NCBI RefSeq assembly: GCF_009914755.1
Contig: NC_060940.1
Reading direction: 5' to 3' (one strand)
DNA: 64,000 nt
DNA from: the human T2T-CHM13v2.0 reference genome, Homo sapiens
The position numbers and the translations under genes were made by a program. The first letter of the stretch is position 1; each line of letters begins with the position of its first letter. Below, piece by piece: positions 14,001-28,200 of this stretch. The notes beneath the pieces were generated by a model that had not been told where the DNA came from, did not search any database, and saw only the letters and a program-made list of their open reading frames with translations.

Positions 14001-17000
14001 CAATTCCATTCTCCGATGATTTCTTTTGAGCCCATTCAATGCTTCCACTCGATTACATATGATGATGACTCCATTCGATGAAACTCGATGATGATTCCAT
14101 TCGCTTGCATTCGATGATGATTCCACTTGAGTCCGTTAGAAGATTCTATTCAATTACATTCCATGACGATTCCGTTCGAGTCCATTTGATGATTCCATTA
14201 CACTCCATTCGACAATGATTCCATTCAATGTTATTCGATGATTCCATTCGATCTCATTCGATGATGATTCCATTCAACTCCATTCGATGTTTCCATTCGA
14301 GTTCATTCTATTATTCCATTAGATTCCATTCGATGATGATTCCATTCGATTCCATTTGATGATTGCATTCTATTTCATTTGATGATGATTCCATTCGAGT
14401 CCATTCGATGATTCCATTCGAGTCCATTTAATGAATCCATTGGTTTCAATTCTATGATGATTATATTGGATTCCATTCGTTGGTGATTTCATTCGATTCC
14501 ATTCAATGATGATTCCATTCAATTCCATTCAATGATTCCATTCAATTCCATACGATGATGATTCCATTTGATTTGATTCGACAGTGAGCCATTCGATTCA
14601 ATTCCATGATGATTCTGTTTGATTCACTTGGTTGACATTTCCATTCGGTTCCATTCGATGATGATTCCCTTTGATTCCGTTCAAAGATGATTCCATTCTA
14701 GCCCATTCAATCATTCCATTCGATTCTATTCAATGATGATTCCATTCATGTCGATTTGGTGATTCCATTTGACTTCATTTGATGATGATTCCTTTCAAGT
14801 TCATTAGATGATTCCATTCGATTCCATTTGATGATGATCCCATTCGAGTCCATTCAGTGATTCCACTCGTTTCCATTCCATGATGATTCCATTCCATTCC
14901 ATTCAATGATTCCATTCGATTCCGTTTGATGATGATTTCATTCGAGTCCATTTGATGATTCCATTTGATTCCATTCGATGATGATTCCATTCGAGTCCAT
15001 TCGATGATTCTATTCGAATCCATTTGATGATTTCTTTTGATTATATTTGGTGATGATTCCATTGGAGTCCATTCAATGATTCCATTCGATTCCAATCGAT
15101 GGTGGTTCCATTAGAGTCCATTTAATGATTCCATTTGATTCCAGTCTCTGATGTTTACATTCGAGTCCATACGATGATTCCACTCAATTCCATATGATGA
15201 TGATTCCATTCGATTCCATTCGATGATTCCATTCTATTCTATTCAATGGTGATTCCATTCGAGTACATTAGATGATTCCATTCGATTCCATTCAATGATG
15301 ATTCTACTTGTGTCCCTTAGATGATTCCACATGATTCCATTAGATGATGATACTATTTGAGCCCATCCAATGATTCCCTTCGATTCCATTCGATGAGGAT
15401 TCCATTCGATTCAATTCATTGGTGATTCTATTCAATTCAATTCTTTGATTCCATTCCATTCCATTCGACAATGATTCCATTCGATTTCTTTCGATGATTC
15501 CACTCGATTCCACTTGACATTGATTCCATTCGATTCCATTCAATGATTCCATTTGATTCCAGTGGATGATGATTGCCATCGATTCCATTTGATCACTCCA
15601 TTCTATTCCATTTGATGATGATTACATTCGATTCCATTTGATGATTCCATCTGATTCTATTCGAGGATTCCATTTGATTCCATTCGATGATGATTCCATT
15701 CGAGTCCATTCGATGATTTCATTCGAGTACATCCAATGATTCCATTCGAGTCCATTTGATGATTCCATTTCATTCCATTTGATTATGATTCTACTAGAGT
15801 CCATTCAATGACTCCATTCGAGTCCATTCAACAATTCCATCCGAGTCCATTCGATGATTCCATTCGATTCCATTTGATGATTCCATTCGAGTCCATTTAA
15901 TCATTACAGTCGAGTCCATTTGGTGATTCCACTGGATTTCTTTTGATAATGATACCATTCAATTACATTTGATGATGATCCCATTCAATTTCATTTGATG
16001 ATGATTCCCTTAGAGTCCATTCCATGATTTCATTCGAGTCCCTTCATTGATTCCATCCGATTTCATTTCATGATGACTCCATTCGAGTCCATTCGATGAT
16101 TCCACTCGATTCCATTAGATGATTCCATTGGAGTCCATTTGATTGTTCCATTCGATTCCATTCGATTCCTTTCGAAGATTATTCCATTTGAGTCCATTCG
16201 ATGATGATTCCATTCCATTCCATTCGATGATTCCGTTTGATTCCATTCGATGATTCCCTGCGATTCCTTTCTATGATGATTCCATTCCATTCCATTCAAT
16301 GATTCCATTCGAATCTATTCCATGATGATTCCTTTCGATTCCATTCGCTGATGTTTCCGTTCAATTCCATTCGATGATGATTCCATTCGATTCCATTCAT
16401 TGAGGATTCCATTGGATTCCATTCAATGATGATTCCATTCTATTCCATTCAATGATTGCATTCAATTCCATTCAATGATTATGCCATTAGAGTAAATTCA
16501 ACGATTCCATTCAATACCATTCGATGATGATTCCTTTTGAGTCCATTCAATGATTTCATTCAAGTCCATTTGATGATTCCTTTCAATTCCATTCCATGAT
16601 GATTCCATTCGAGTCCATTCGATGATTCCATTCGATTGCATTCGATGATTCCATTATATTCCATTCAACGATGATTCCATTCGAGTCCATTCGATGATTC
16701 CATTAGAGTACATTTAATGATTGCTTTGTTTTCAATTCGAAGATGATTACATTGGATTCCATTCTATGATTCCATTCGATTCCATTCATTGATGATTCCA
16801 CCCAATTCCATTCGATGATGATTCCATTCGATTTCATTCAATGATTCTACTCGATTCCATTCAATGATGATTCAATTCTATTCCGTTTGATGATTCCATT
16901 AGATTCCATTCTATGATGATTCCATTCGAGTCCATTCGAAGATTTCATTCGATTACATTCCATGACGATTCCATTCGAGTCCATTCGATGATTCCATTTG

Positions 17001-17130
17001 AATCCATTCGACGATGATTCCATTTGATGCTATTCGATGATTCCATTGGATTCCATTCGATGATGATTCCATTCGACTTGATTTGATGTTTCTATTTGAG
17101 TCCATTCGGTTATTTTATTAGACTACATTC
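5095..17130 (+). repeat. Long-unit block, first part: copy with a 2,799-bp deletion at ~5,520 and a 1,056-bp deletion at ~12,545
   Basis: Offset to the next copy is 8,818 at 5,101, then 11,617 (ORFs 5804/17421, 6234/17851, 9906/21523), then 11,613 (11390/23003), then 12,669 (12764/25433, 16063/28732). Confidence 0.85.
9450..11137 (+). repeat. 840-bp near-perfect tandem dimer nested in the long unit (copy 1)
   Basis: GATGATTCCATTGGTATCCATTCGACGATG at 9,451 and 10,291. ORFs 9618/10458 and 9906/10746 differ by 840. Confidence 0.92.
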
Positions 17131-20100
17131 GATGATGATTCCATTCGATGCCATTCAATGATTCCATTTGATTCCACTCAATGATGATTGCATTCGTGTC
17201 CATTCGATGATTCCATTTGGTTCCATTTGATGATGATTCCATTCGAGTCCATTCGATGATACCATTCAATTCCATTCGATGATCATTCCATTCGAATCCA
17301 TTTGATGATTCCACTCAATTCCATTTGATGACTCCTTTCATTCCCATTCGATGATTCCCTTCAGTTCCAATTGGATGATCTTTCCATTTGATTCAATATG
17401 GTGACTCCATTCTATTATATTCAATGATGATTCCATTCGACTCCATTAGATGATGACTCCATTCCATTCCATTCGATTGTGATTTCATTCGATTCCATTC
17501 GAAGATGATTCCATTCGAGTCCATTTGATGATTCCATTCGATTCCATTCAATGATGATTCCACTCAAATCCATTGGATGATTCCATTCGTTTCCAATTGG
17601 TGATTTCATTAGATTCCATTCGAGGATGATTCTATTCGAGTCCATTCAATGATTCCATTGGATTCCGTTTGATAATGATTCCATTAGAGTTCATTCGATG
17701 ATTCCCTTCGAGTCCATTCGATTATTTCTTTTGATTCCATTTGATGATGATTCCATTCGATTCCATTCAATGATTCCATTCCATTCCATTCGATGATGAT
17801 TCCATTCGATAATGATTACATTCGAGCCCATGTGATGATTCCATTAGATTCTATTCAATGATGATTCCATTCGACCACATTCGATGATGGCATTCGAGTC
17901 CATTCGATGATTTTACTCGATTCCACTTGATGATGATTCCTTTTGAGTCCATTTGATGATTACATTCGAGTCCATGAGATGACTCCATTCGATTCCATTT
18001 CATGATGATGCAATTCGAGGCTATTCGATCATCCCATTTTAGTGCATTCGGTGATTCTCTTTTATTACATTCGATGAGGGCTCCATTCGAGTCCATTCAA
18101 TGATTCCATTAGATTCCACTCGATGATGATTCCATTTGAGTCCATTCAAAGATTCCTTTCGAGTCCATTCGATAATTCTATTGGATTCCACTAGGTGATG
18201 ATTCCTTTCGAGTCAATTCGATGATTCCTTTCAAGTGCCTTCAATGATTCCATTCGATTCCATTCGATGACGATTCATTTCAAGTCCATTCAATGGTTCC
18301 ATTCTGTTGAATTTGATGGTTCCATTTGATTCCATTCGATGATGATTCCATTCGTGTCCATTGGATGATTCCATTCGATTCCTTTCGAGGAAGATTCCAT
18401 TCGACTCCATTCGATGATTCCGTTCGATTCCATTCCATGATGATTCCATTTGATTCCATTCCATGATTCCATTCGATACCATTCGATGATGATTCCATTC
18501 GACTCCATTTGATGAATCCATTCAATGCTTCCATTCGAGTCCATTCGATGATTCCATTCGATTCCATTCCATGAAGATTCCATTCGAGTACATTTGATGA
18601 TTCCATTTAATTCCATAGGATGATGATTCTATTAGGGTCCGTTGACTATTCCATTCAATTCCATTCGAAGATTCCATTCGAGTCCACTCGATGATTCTAT
18701 TTGATTCCATTTGATAATTCCATTCGATTCCATTTGATGTTGATTCCATTCGAGTCCATTCGATCATTATTACATTTGATTCTATTCGATGATTCCATTC
18801 GATTCCATTTGATGAGGATTCCATTCGAGACCATTTGATGATTCCATTCAATTCCATTGGATGATTCCAATATTTTCCATTAGATGATGATTCCATTCGA
18901 TTCCATTCAATGATGATTCCATCAGAATCCATTCGATGATGACTCCTTTTGCTTCCATTCAATGATCATTACATTCGGTTCCATTCGATGATGATTCCTT
19001 TGGATTCCATTCGATGATGCTTCCATTCGATTCCATTTGATGATGATTCTTTTCGATTCCATTTGATGATGATTCCATTTGATTCCATTCGATGGTGATT
19101 CCATTTGATGATTCCATTCGATTGTATTCGATGATGATTCCACTCGATTCTATTTGATGATGACTGCATTCGATTCCATTTGATGATTCCATTTGATTCC
19201 ATTCGATGATGATTCTGATCAATTGCATTCGATGATCCATTCGATTCCATTTGATGGTTCCATTTGATTCCATTTGATAATGATTCCTTTCGAGTCCATT
19301 CGATGATTCCATTTGCGGATATTCGATAATTCCATTTGAGTCCAACCGATGATTCCATTCGAGGCCATTCAATCATTCTTTTTGAGTCCTTTCGATAAAG
19401 ATTCCATTTTAGTCCATTCAATAATTCCACTGGAGTCCATTCGATGATTGCTTTTAATTCCATTCGATGATATTCCATTCGAGTCCATTCGATGATTCCA
19501 TTCGTTGCTATTAGATGATGATTCCATTCATGACCATTTGGTGATTCCATTCGATTTCATTCGTTGATGATTCCATTCGAGTCCATTCCATGATTCCATT
19601 CAAGTCCATTTGAAGATTTCTTTGAATTCAATTCGATGATGATTCCATTCGAGTCCATTCGATGATTCCATTCAGTTCCATTCGATGATGATTCCTTTCG
19701 AGACCATATGATGATTCCATTTGATTTCATTCGATGATGATTCCATTCGATTCCATTCGATGATTCCATTCTATTCCATTCGATGATGATTCCATTCGAG
19801 TCCATTTAATGATTCCATTGGGTTCAATTCAATGATGATTACATTGGATTCTCTTCTATGATACCATTCAATTCCGTTCATTGACAATTTGATTCCATTC
19901 GATGATGATTCCATTTGAGTTCATTCGATGATTCTATTCGATTCTCTTCGATGGTGATTCAATTCTATTATATTGGATGATTCCATTCGATTCCATTTGA
20001 TGTTGATTCAATTCGATTCTATTCGATGATGATTCCATTGGATTTCATTTGATGATTCTATTCGATTCCATTCAATGATGATTCACTTCTCGTCCATTGG

Positions 20101-23100
20101 ATGATTCCATTTCATTCCATTCGATGATGATTCCATTCGATTCCATTCGATGATTCCATTTGATTCCATTCGACGGTGAGCAATTCGATTCAATTCCATG
20201 ATGATTCTATTTGATTCAGTTAGATGATGTTTCCATTCGAATCCATTCCATGATTATTCCATTGGAATCCATTCGGCGATGATTCCATATGAGTCAATTC
20301 AATGATGCTTCCATATGGGTCAGTTCGATGATAATTCCATTTGATTTCATTCGATGCTTCTATTCAATTCCAGTCGATGATGATTCCGTTGGAGTCCATA
20401 CGATGACTCCATTTGATTTCATTTGATGATGATTCCATTCGATTCCATTCGATGACTCCATTCTGTTCCATTCGATGATGATTCCATTCGAGTCCATTCG
20501 ATGATTCCATTCGAGTCCATTTCATGATTCCATTGGGTTCAATTCGATGATGATTACACTGGATTCCATTCTATGATTCCATTCAATTCCATTCGTTGAT
20601 GATTCGATTCCATTCAATGATGATTCCATTTGAGTTCATTCGATGATTCTATTCGATTCCGTTCGATGGTGATTCAATTCTATTATATTGGATGATTCCA
20701 TTCGATTCCATTTGATGATGATTCCATTCGATTCCATTCGATGATGATTCCATTTGATTCCATTTGATGTTGATTCTATTCGATTCTATTCAATGATGAT
20801 TCCATTCGATTTCATTTGATGATTCTATTCGATTCCTTTCGATGATTCTATTCCATTCCATTCGATGATGATTCAATTCTCTTCCATTGGATGATTCCAT
20901 TTTATTCCATTCGACGATGACTCCATTTGATTCCATTCAATGATGATTCCATTCGATTCCATTCGGTGATTCCATTTGATTCCATTCGACGGTGAGCAAT
21001 TTGATTCAATTCCATAATGATTCTATTTGATTCAATTAGATGATGTTTCCATTCGAATCCATTCGGTGATGATTCCATTGGTATCCATTCGACGATGATT
21101 CCATATGAGTCAATTCGATGATGATTCCATACGAGTCCGTTGGATGATAATTCCATTTGATTTCATTCAATCCTTCTATTCGATTCCATTTGATGATGAT
21201 TCCATCTGAATCCATTCTCCGATTCCATTCGATTTCATTCGATGCTTCTATTTGATTTCATTCGAAGATGATTCCTTTCAATTCCGTTCATTAATTCCAT
21301 TTGATTCCATTCGATGATGATTCCATCCGATTCCATTGGATGATGATTCCATTCGAGTCCATTCGATGATTCCGTTCTAATCCATTCTATGATTCCATTC
21401 GAGTCCATTCGATGATTCCATTCGATTCCATTCAGTGATGATTCCATTTGATTCCATCTGATGATGATTTCATTTGATTCCATTCGATGATGATTCCATT
21501 GGAGTCCATTGAATGATTCAATTCAATTCCATTCCATGTGGATTCCATTCGAATTCATTCGATTATTCCCTTCAAATCCCTTCGTTGATTCCATCTGATT
21601 CCACTTGACGATGATTCCATTCAAGTCCAATCGATGATTCCATTCGGTTCCATTCAATGATTCCATTCGAGTCCATTTATGTATTATATTCGTGTCCACT
21701 TGATGACTCCATTCAATTCCATTTAATGATGATTCCATTTGATTCCATTTGATGATTCAGTTCGATTCCTTACAATGATTCCCTACGATTCCTTTCTATG
21801 ATGATTCCATTCGATTCCATTCATTGATGATTCCATTCGACTCCATTCAATGATGATTCCTTTCGATTCCATTTGACGATGTTTCCATTTGAGTCCATTC
21901 GATGATGATTCCATTGGTATCCATTCGACGATGATTCCATATGAGTCAATTCGATGATGATTCCATACGAGTCCGTTGGATGATAATTCCATTTGATTTC
22001 ATTCAATCCTTCTATTCGATTCCATTTGATGATGATTCCATCTGAATCCATTCTCCGATTCCATTCGATTTCATTCGATGCTTCTATTTGATTTCATTCG
22101 AAGATGATTCCTTTCAATTCCATTCATTAATTCCATTTGATTCCATTCGATGATGATTCCATCCAATTCCATTGGATGATGATTCCATTCGAGTCCATTC
22201 GATGATTCCGTTCTAATCCATTCTATGATTCCATTCGAGTCCATTCGATGATTCCATTCGATTCCATTCAGTGATGATTCCATTTGATTCCATCTGATGA
22301 TGATTTCATTTGATTCCATTCGATGATGATTCCATTGGAGTCCATTGAATGATTCAATTCAATTCCATTCCATGTGGATTCCATTCGAATTCATTCGATT
22401 ATTCCATTCAAATCCCTTCGTTGATTCCATCTGATTCCACTTGACGATGATTCCATTCAAGTCCAATCGATGATTCCATTCGGTTCCATTCAATGATTCC
22501 ATTCGAGTCCATTTATGTATTATATTCGTGTCCACTTGATGACTCACTCCATTCAATTCCATTTAATGATGATTCCATTTGATTCCATTTGATGATTCAG
22601 TTCGATTCCTTACAATGATTCCCTACGATTCCTTTCTATGATGATTCCATTCGATTCCATTCATTGATGATTCCATTCGACTCCATTCGATGATGATTCC
22701 TTTCGATTCCATTTGACGATGTTTCCATTTGAGTCCATTCGATGATGATTCAATTCAGTTCTGTTCTATTGTGAATCCATTCGATTTCATTCAATGCTTC
22801 TATTTGATTCCATTCGACGATGATTCCATCTCTTTCCCTTCGATGATTCCATTTGATTCCATTCAGTGATGATTCCATTTGATTCCATCTGATGATGATT
22901 TCACTTGATTCATTTCAATGATGATTCCATTCAAGTCCATTCGATGATTCCATTGGAGTCCAAACGATCATTCCATTCGATTCCATTCAATGATGATTCC
23001 ATTCATGTCCATTCAATGAATCCTTTCAATTCCATTCGATGATGACTCCATTCGAGTACATTCGATGATTGCATTTGATTCCATTTGATGATGATTACAT

Positions 23101-25259
23101 TCAATTCCATTCGAAGATGATTCCATTCAATTCCACTTGATGATGATTCCGTATGAATCCATTCGCTGATTATTCCATTCGATTCCATTCATTGACGATT
23201 CCATTCGATTCCATTCAATGATGATTCTCTTCTATTGCATTCGATGATTCCGTTCGATTCCATTCGATGATGATTCCATTAGATTCCATTCGATTGTTGC
23301 ATTCGATTCCCTTCGATGATGATTCCTTTGAATTCCATTCGATTATGATTCCGTATGAATCCATTTGATGATTATTCCATTGGATTCCTTTCGATGATGA
23401 TTCCATTCGATTCCATTTGATGATGTTTCTCATGTATTCCATTTGATAATTCCTTTCAATTCCCTTCGATGATGATTCTTTCGAGTCAATTCGATGATTC
23501 TATTCCATTCCCTTCGATGACGATTCCATTTCACTCCATTCGATGATTCCATTCGATTCAATTTGGTGATGATTCAATTCGATGACATTCGATGACTCCA
23601 TTCAATTTCATTTGATGATGATTACATTCGAGTCCATTTGATGATTGTATTCCTTTCCTTTTGATGATTATTCCATTCGTGTCTATTCAAAGATTCCATT
23701 CTATTCCATTCAATGATGATTCCAATTGATTCCATTCAATGATTATGGCTATCGATTCCACTCGTTGATTCCATTTGATTCCATTCGATGATTATTCCGT
23801 TAGATTCCATTAGGAGATTCCATTCGATTTTATTCAATGATTCCAATTGATTCCATTGAATGATGATTCCATTCCACTCCGTTCAGTGATTCCATTTGAG
23901 TCCATTTGAGGATTCCATTCGAGTCCATTTGATGATTCCATTCTTTTCCATTTGATGATGATTCCATTAGGGTCCATTCAATGATTCCATTCGAGTCCAT
24001 TCGTTAATGCCTTTCGAGTCCTTTTGATCACTACATTCGAGTCCATTCAATGATTCTATTCGATTCCATTCCATGATGATTCCATTCGAGTTCATTCGAT
24101 GATTGCATTCGAGTCCATTTGATGATTCCATATGATTCCATTCGACAATGATTCCATTCGTGTCCATTTGATGATTCCATTCATTTCCTATCAATGAAGA
24201 TTCCATTCGAGTGTATTCGATGATTCCATTCAAATCCATTCGATGATGATTCCATTCCAGTCCATTCGATCATTCCACTTGATTCCATTTGATGACTATT
24301 CCATTCAAATCCATTTGATGATTCGATTCGATTCCATTCGATGTTACCATTCCAGTATATACGATGATTCCACTCGATTCCATTTGATGATTATTCCATT
24401 GGAGTCGACTTAGTGAATCCTTTAGATTCTACTCGAAGATGATTCCATTCGAGTCCATTCGATGATACCATTCAATTCCATTCGTTGATGCTTCCATTCA
24501 AGTGCATTCGATGATATCATTCGATTCCATTTGATGATAATTCCATTTGATTCCATGTGATGATTCTATTCCATTCCATTCAATGATAATTCCATTCAAT
24601 TCAGTGATTCCTCTGGACTCCATTTGATGATGATTCCATTCAATGATTCCATTCGATTCTATTCGAAAATGATTCCATTTGAATCCATTTGATGATGATT
24701 CCATTCGATTCCATTTGATGATTCCATTCGATTCCATTCGACGATGATTCCATTCGATTCCATTTGATGATTCCATTCTATTCTATTCGATGATGATTCC
24801 ATTCGATTCCATTCGATGATGATTGGATTCGATTCCATTTGATGATTTCATTTGATTCCATTCGATGATGATTTCGATCAATTCCATTCGATGATTCCAT
24901 TCGATTCCATTTGATAATGATTACATCCGAGTCCATTCGATGATTCCATTTGAGCCCGTTCGATAATTCCATTTGAGTCCAATCAATGATTCCATTCATT
25001 TCCATTCAATGATTCCATTCGAGTCCATTTGATCATTCCGGTAGGGTCCGTTCGATGTTGATTCCATTGGAGTGCATTCGATGATTCCATTCGAGTCCAT
25101 TTTAGGATTTGATTCGAGTCCTTTCGATGATTCCATTCGATTCCACTCGATGCGATGATGATTTCATTCGAGTCCATTCGACACTTCCAATCGATTCCAT
25201 TTGATGTTTCCATTCGAGTCCAATTGATGATTCCATTCAATTCCATTCGATGATGATTC
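12591..25259 (+). repeat. One complete 12,669-bp long higher-order HSat2 unit (CGTACG to CGTACG)
   Basis: The rare motif CGTACG occurs at 12,591 and 25,260. ORF pairs 12764/25433, 13395/26064, 14775/27444 and 15340/28009 all differ by 12,669. Confidence 0.88.
21067..22750 (+). repeat. 836/840-bp tandem dimer nested in the long unit (copy 2)
   Basis: ORFs 21235/22071 and 21523/22359 differ by 836. The first monomer lacks a 4-bp ACTC duplication. Confidence 0.92.
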
Positions 25260-28200
25260 CGTACGATTCCATTCTGTGATGATTCCATGTGATTGCATTC
25301 AATGATGATTCCTTTCGATTGCATTCGATTATGATTCATTTCGTGTTCATTCTATGGTTCCACAGGTTTCACATCGTGTCCATTCCATTATTCCATTCTA
25401 TTCCATTTGATGATGATTCCATTCGATTCCATTCATTGGTGATTCCACTCAATTCCATTCAATGATTCCATTCCATTTCTTTCAACAATGATTCCATTAG
25501 TTTCTAATCGATGATCCGCTTGATTCCATTTGACGATGATTCCATTCTTGTCCATTCGATGATTCCATTTGATTCCATATGATGATGATTCCATTCGATT
25601 CCATATGATGATGATGCCATTCGAGTCCATTCAATGGTGATTCCATTCAATTCCATTCGGTGATTCCTTTCGATTCCATTTGATGATGATGGCATTCGAT
25701 TCCTTTCAATCATTCCCTTTGATTCCACTCAAAGGTGATTTCATTCAAGTCCATTCGATAATTGCATTCGATTCCATTCTATGATGATTCCATTCGAGTC
25801 CATTTGATGATTCCATTCAATTCAAGTCAATGATGATTCCATTCGATTCCATTCGATGATTCCATTGGATTCCATTCGATGATGATTCCATTCAAATCCA
25901 TTCGATAATTCAATTCACGTCCATTCGATGATGATTCCAATCGAATCCATTCAAAGATTCCATTCAATTCCATTCGATGATTCCCTTAGATTCCATTCGA
26001 TGATTCCACTTGATTCCATTTACGATGATTCCATTCGATTCCATGTGATGATTCCATTCAATTCTATTCAATGATGTTTCCATTTGATTCCATTCGACCA
26101 TGATTGCCTTTGATTCCATTCAATGATTCCATTCGGTTCCGTTTGATGATGATTCCGTTCGATTCCATTTGATGATTCCATTTGATTCCATTGGATGAGT
26201 CCATTCGATTACATTCGATGATTATTCCATTCGAGTGCATTAGATGATTCCATTCGAGTCCATTCGATGATTCCATTCGAGTCCATTCGATGATTCCATT
26301 CGATTCCATTCGATGTTGATTCTGTTCAAATCCATTCGATGATTCCACTCGATTCCATTCGATGACTCCATTTGATCCCATTCGATGATTTCCTTTGATT
26401 CCCTTTGATGATCATTCCATTTGATTCAATTCGGTGATTTCATTGGATTCCATTCAGTGATGTTTCCATTCGACTCCATTCGATGATGATTCCATTCGAC
26501 TCCATTCGATTATGATTTCATTCAATTCCATTCGATAAAGATTCCCTTCGAGTCCAATCGATGATTCCATTCGATTCCATTCAACGATGATTTGATTCGT
26601 GTCCATTCGATGATTCCATTTGATTCCACTTGATGAGGATTCCATTCGACTCCATTTGATGATTCCATTCAATTCCATTCTCCGATGATTTCTTTTGAGC
26701 CCATTCAATGCTTCCACTCGATTACATATGATGATGACTCCATTCGATGAAACTCGATGATGATTCCATTCGCTTGCATTCGATGATGATTCCACTTGAG
26801 TCCGTTAGAAGATTCTATTCAATTACATTCCATGACGATTCCGTTCGAGTCCATTTGATGATTCCATTACACTCCATTCGACAATGATTCCATTCAATGT
26901 TATTCGATGATTCCATTCGATCTCATTCGATGATGATTCCATTCAACTCCATTCGATGTTTCCATTCGAGTTCATTCCATTATTCCATTAGATTCCATTC
27001 GATGATGATTCCATTCGATTCCATTTGATGATTGCATTCTATTTCATTTGATGATGATTCCATTCGAGTCCATTCGATGATTCCATTCGAGTCCATTTAA
27101 TGAATCCATTGGTTTCAATTCTATGATGATTACATTGGATTCCATTCGTTGATGATTTCATTCGATTCCATTCAATGATGATTCCATTCAATTCCATTCA
27201 ATGATTCCATTCAATTCCATACGATGATGATTCCATTTGATTTGATTCAACAGTGAGCCATTCGATTCAATTCCATGATGATTCTATTTGATTCACTTGG
27301 TTGACATTTCCATTCGGTTCCATTCGATGATGATTCCATTTGATTCCATTCAAAGATGATTCCATTCTAGCCCATTCAATCATTCCATTCGATTCTATTC
27401 AATGATGATTCCATTCATGTCGATTTGGTGATTCCATTTGACTTCATTTGATGATGATTCCTTTCAAGTTCATTAGATGATTCCATTCGATTCCATTTGA
27501 TGATGATCCCATTCGAGTCCATTCAGTGATTCCACTCGTTTCCATTCCATGATGATTCCATTCCATTCCATTCAATGATTCCATTCGATTCCGTTTGATG
27601 ATGATTTCATTCGAGTCCATTTGATGATTCCATTTGATTCCATTCGATGATGATTCCATTCGAGTCCATTCAATGATTCTATTCGAATCCATTTGATGAT
27701 TTCTTTTGATTATATTTGGTGATGATTCCATTGGAGTCCATTCAATGATTCCATTCGATTCCAATCGATGGTGGTTCCATTAGAGTCCATTTAATGATTC
27801 CATTTGATTCCAGTCTCTGATGTTTACATTCGAGTCCACACGATGATTCCACTCAATTCCATATGATGATGATTCCATTCGATTCCATTCGATGATTCCA
27901 TTCTATTCTATTCAATGGTGATTCCATTCTAGTACATTAGATGATTCCATTCGATTCCATTCAATGATGATTCTATTTGTGTCCCTTAGATGATTCCACA
28001 TGATTCCATTACATGATGATACTATTTGAGCCCATCCAATGATTCCCTTCGATTCCATTCGATGAGGATTCCATTCGATTCAATTCATTGGTGATTCTAT
28101 TCAATTCAATTCTTTGATTCAATTCCATTCCATTCGACAATGATTCCATTCGATTTCTTTCGATGATTCCACTCAATTTCACTTGACATTGATTCCATTC

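Noticed and set aside
12591-25259. The 12.67-kb unit as a simple dimer of the 6.1-kb unit
   Set aside because: Unit landmarks (CGTACG, GGTTCCACAGG, CCGGTAGGG, GCTTTGTTTT) each occur only once per 12.67 kb.
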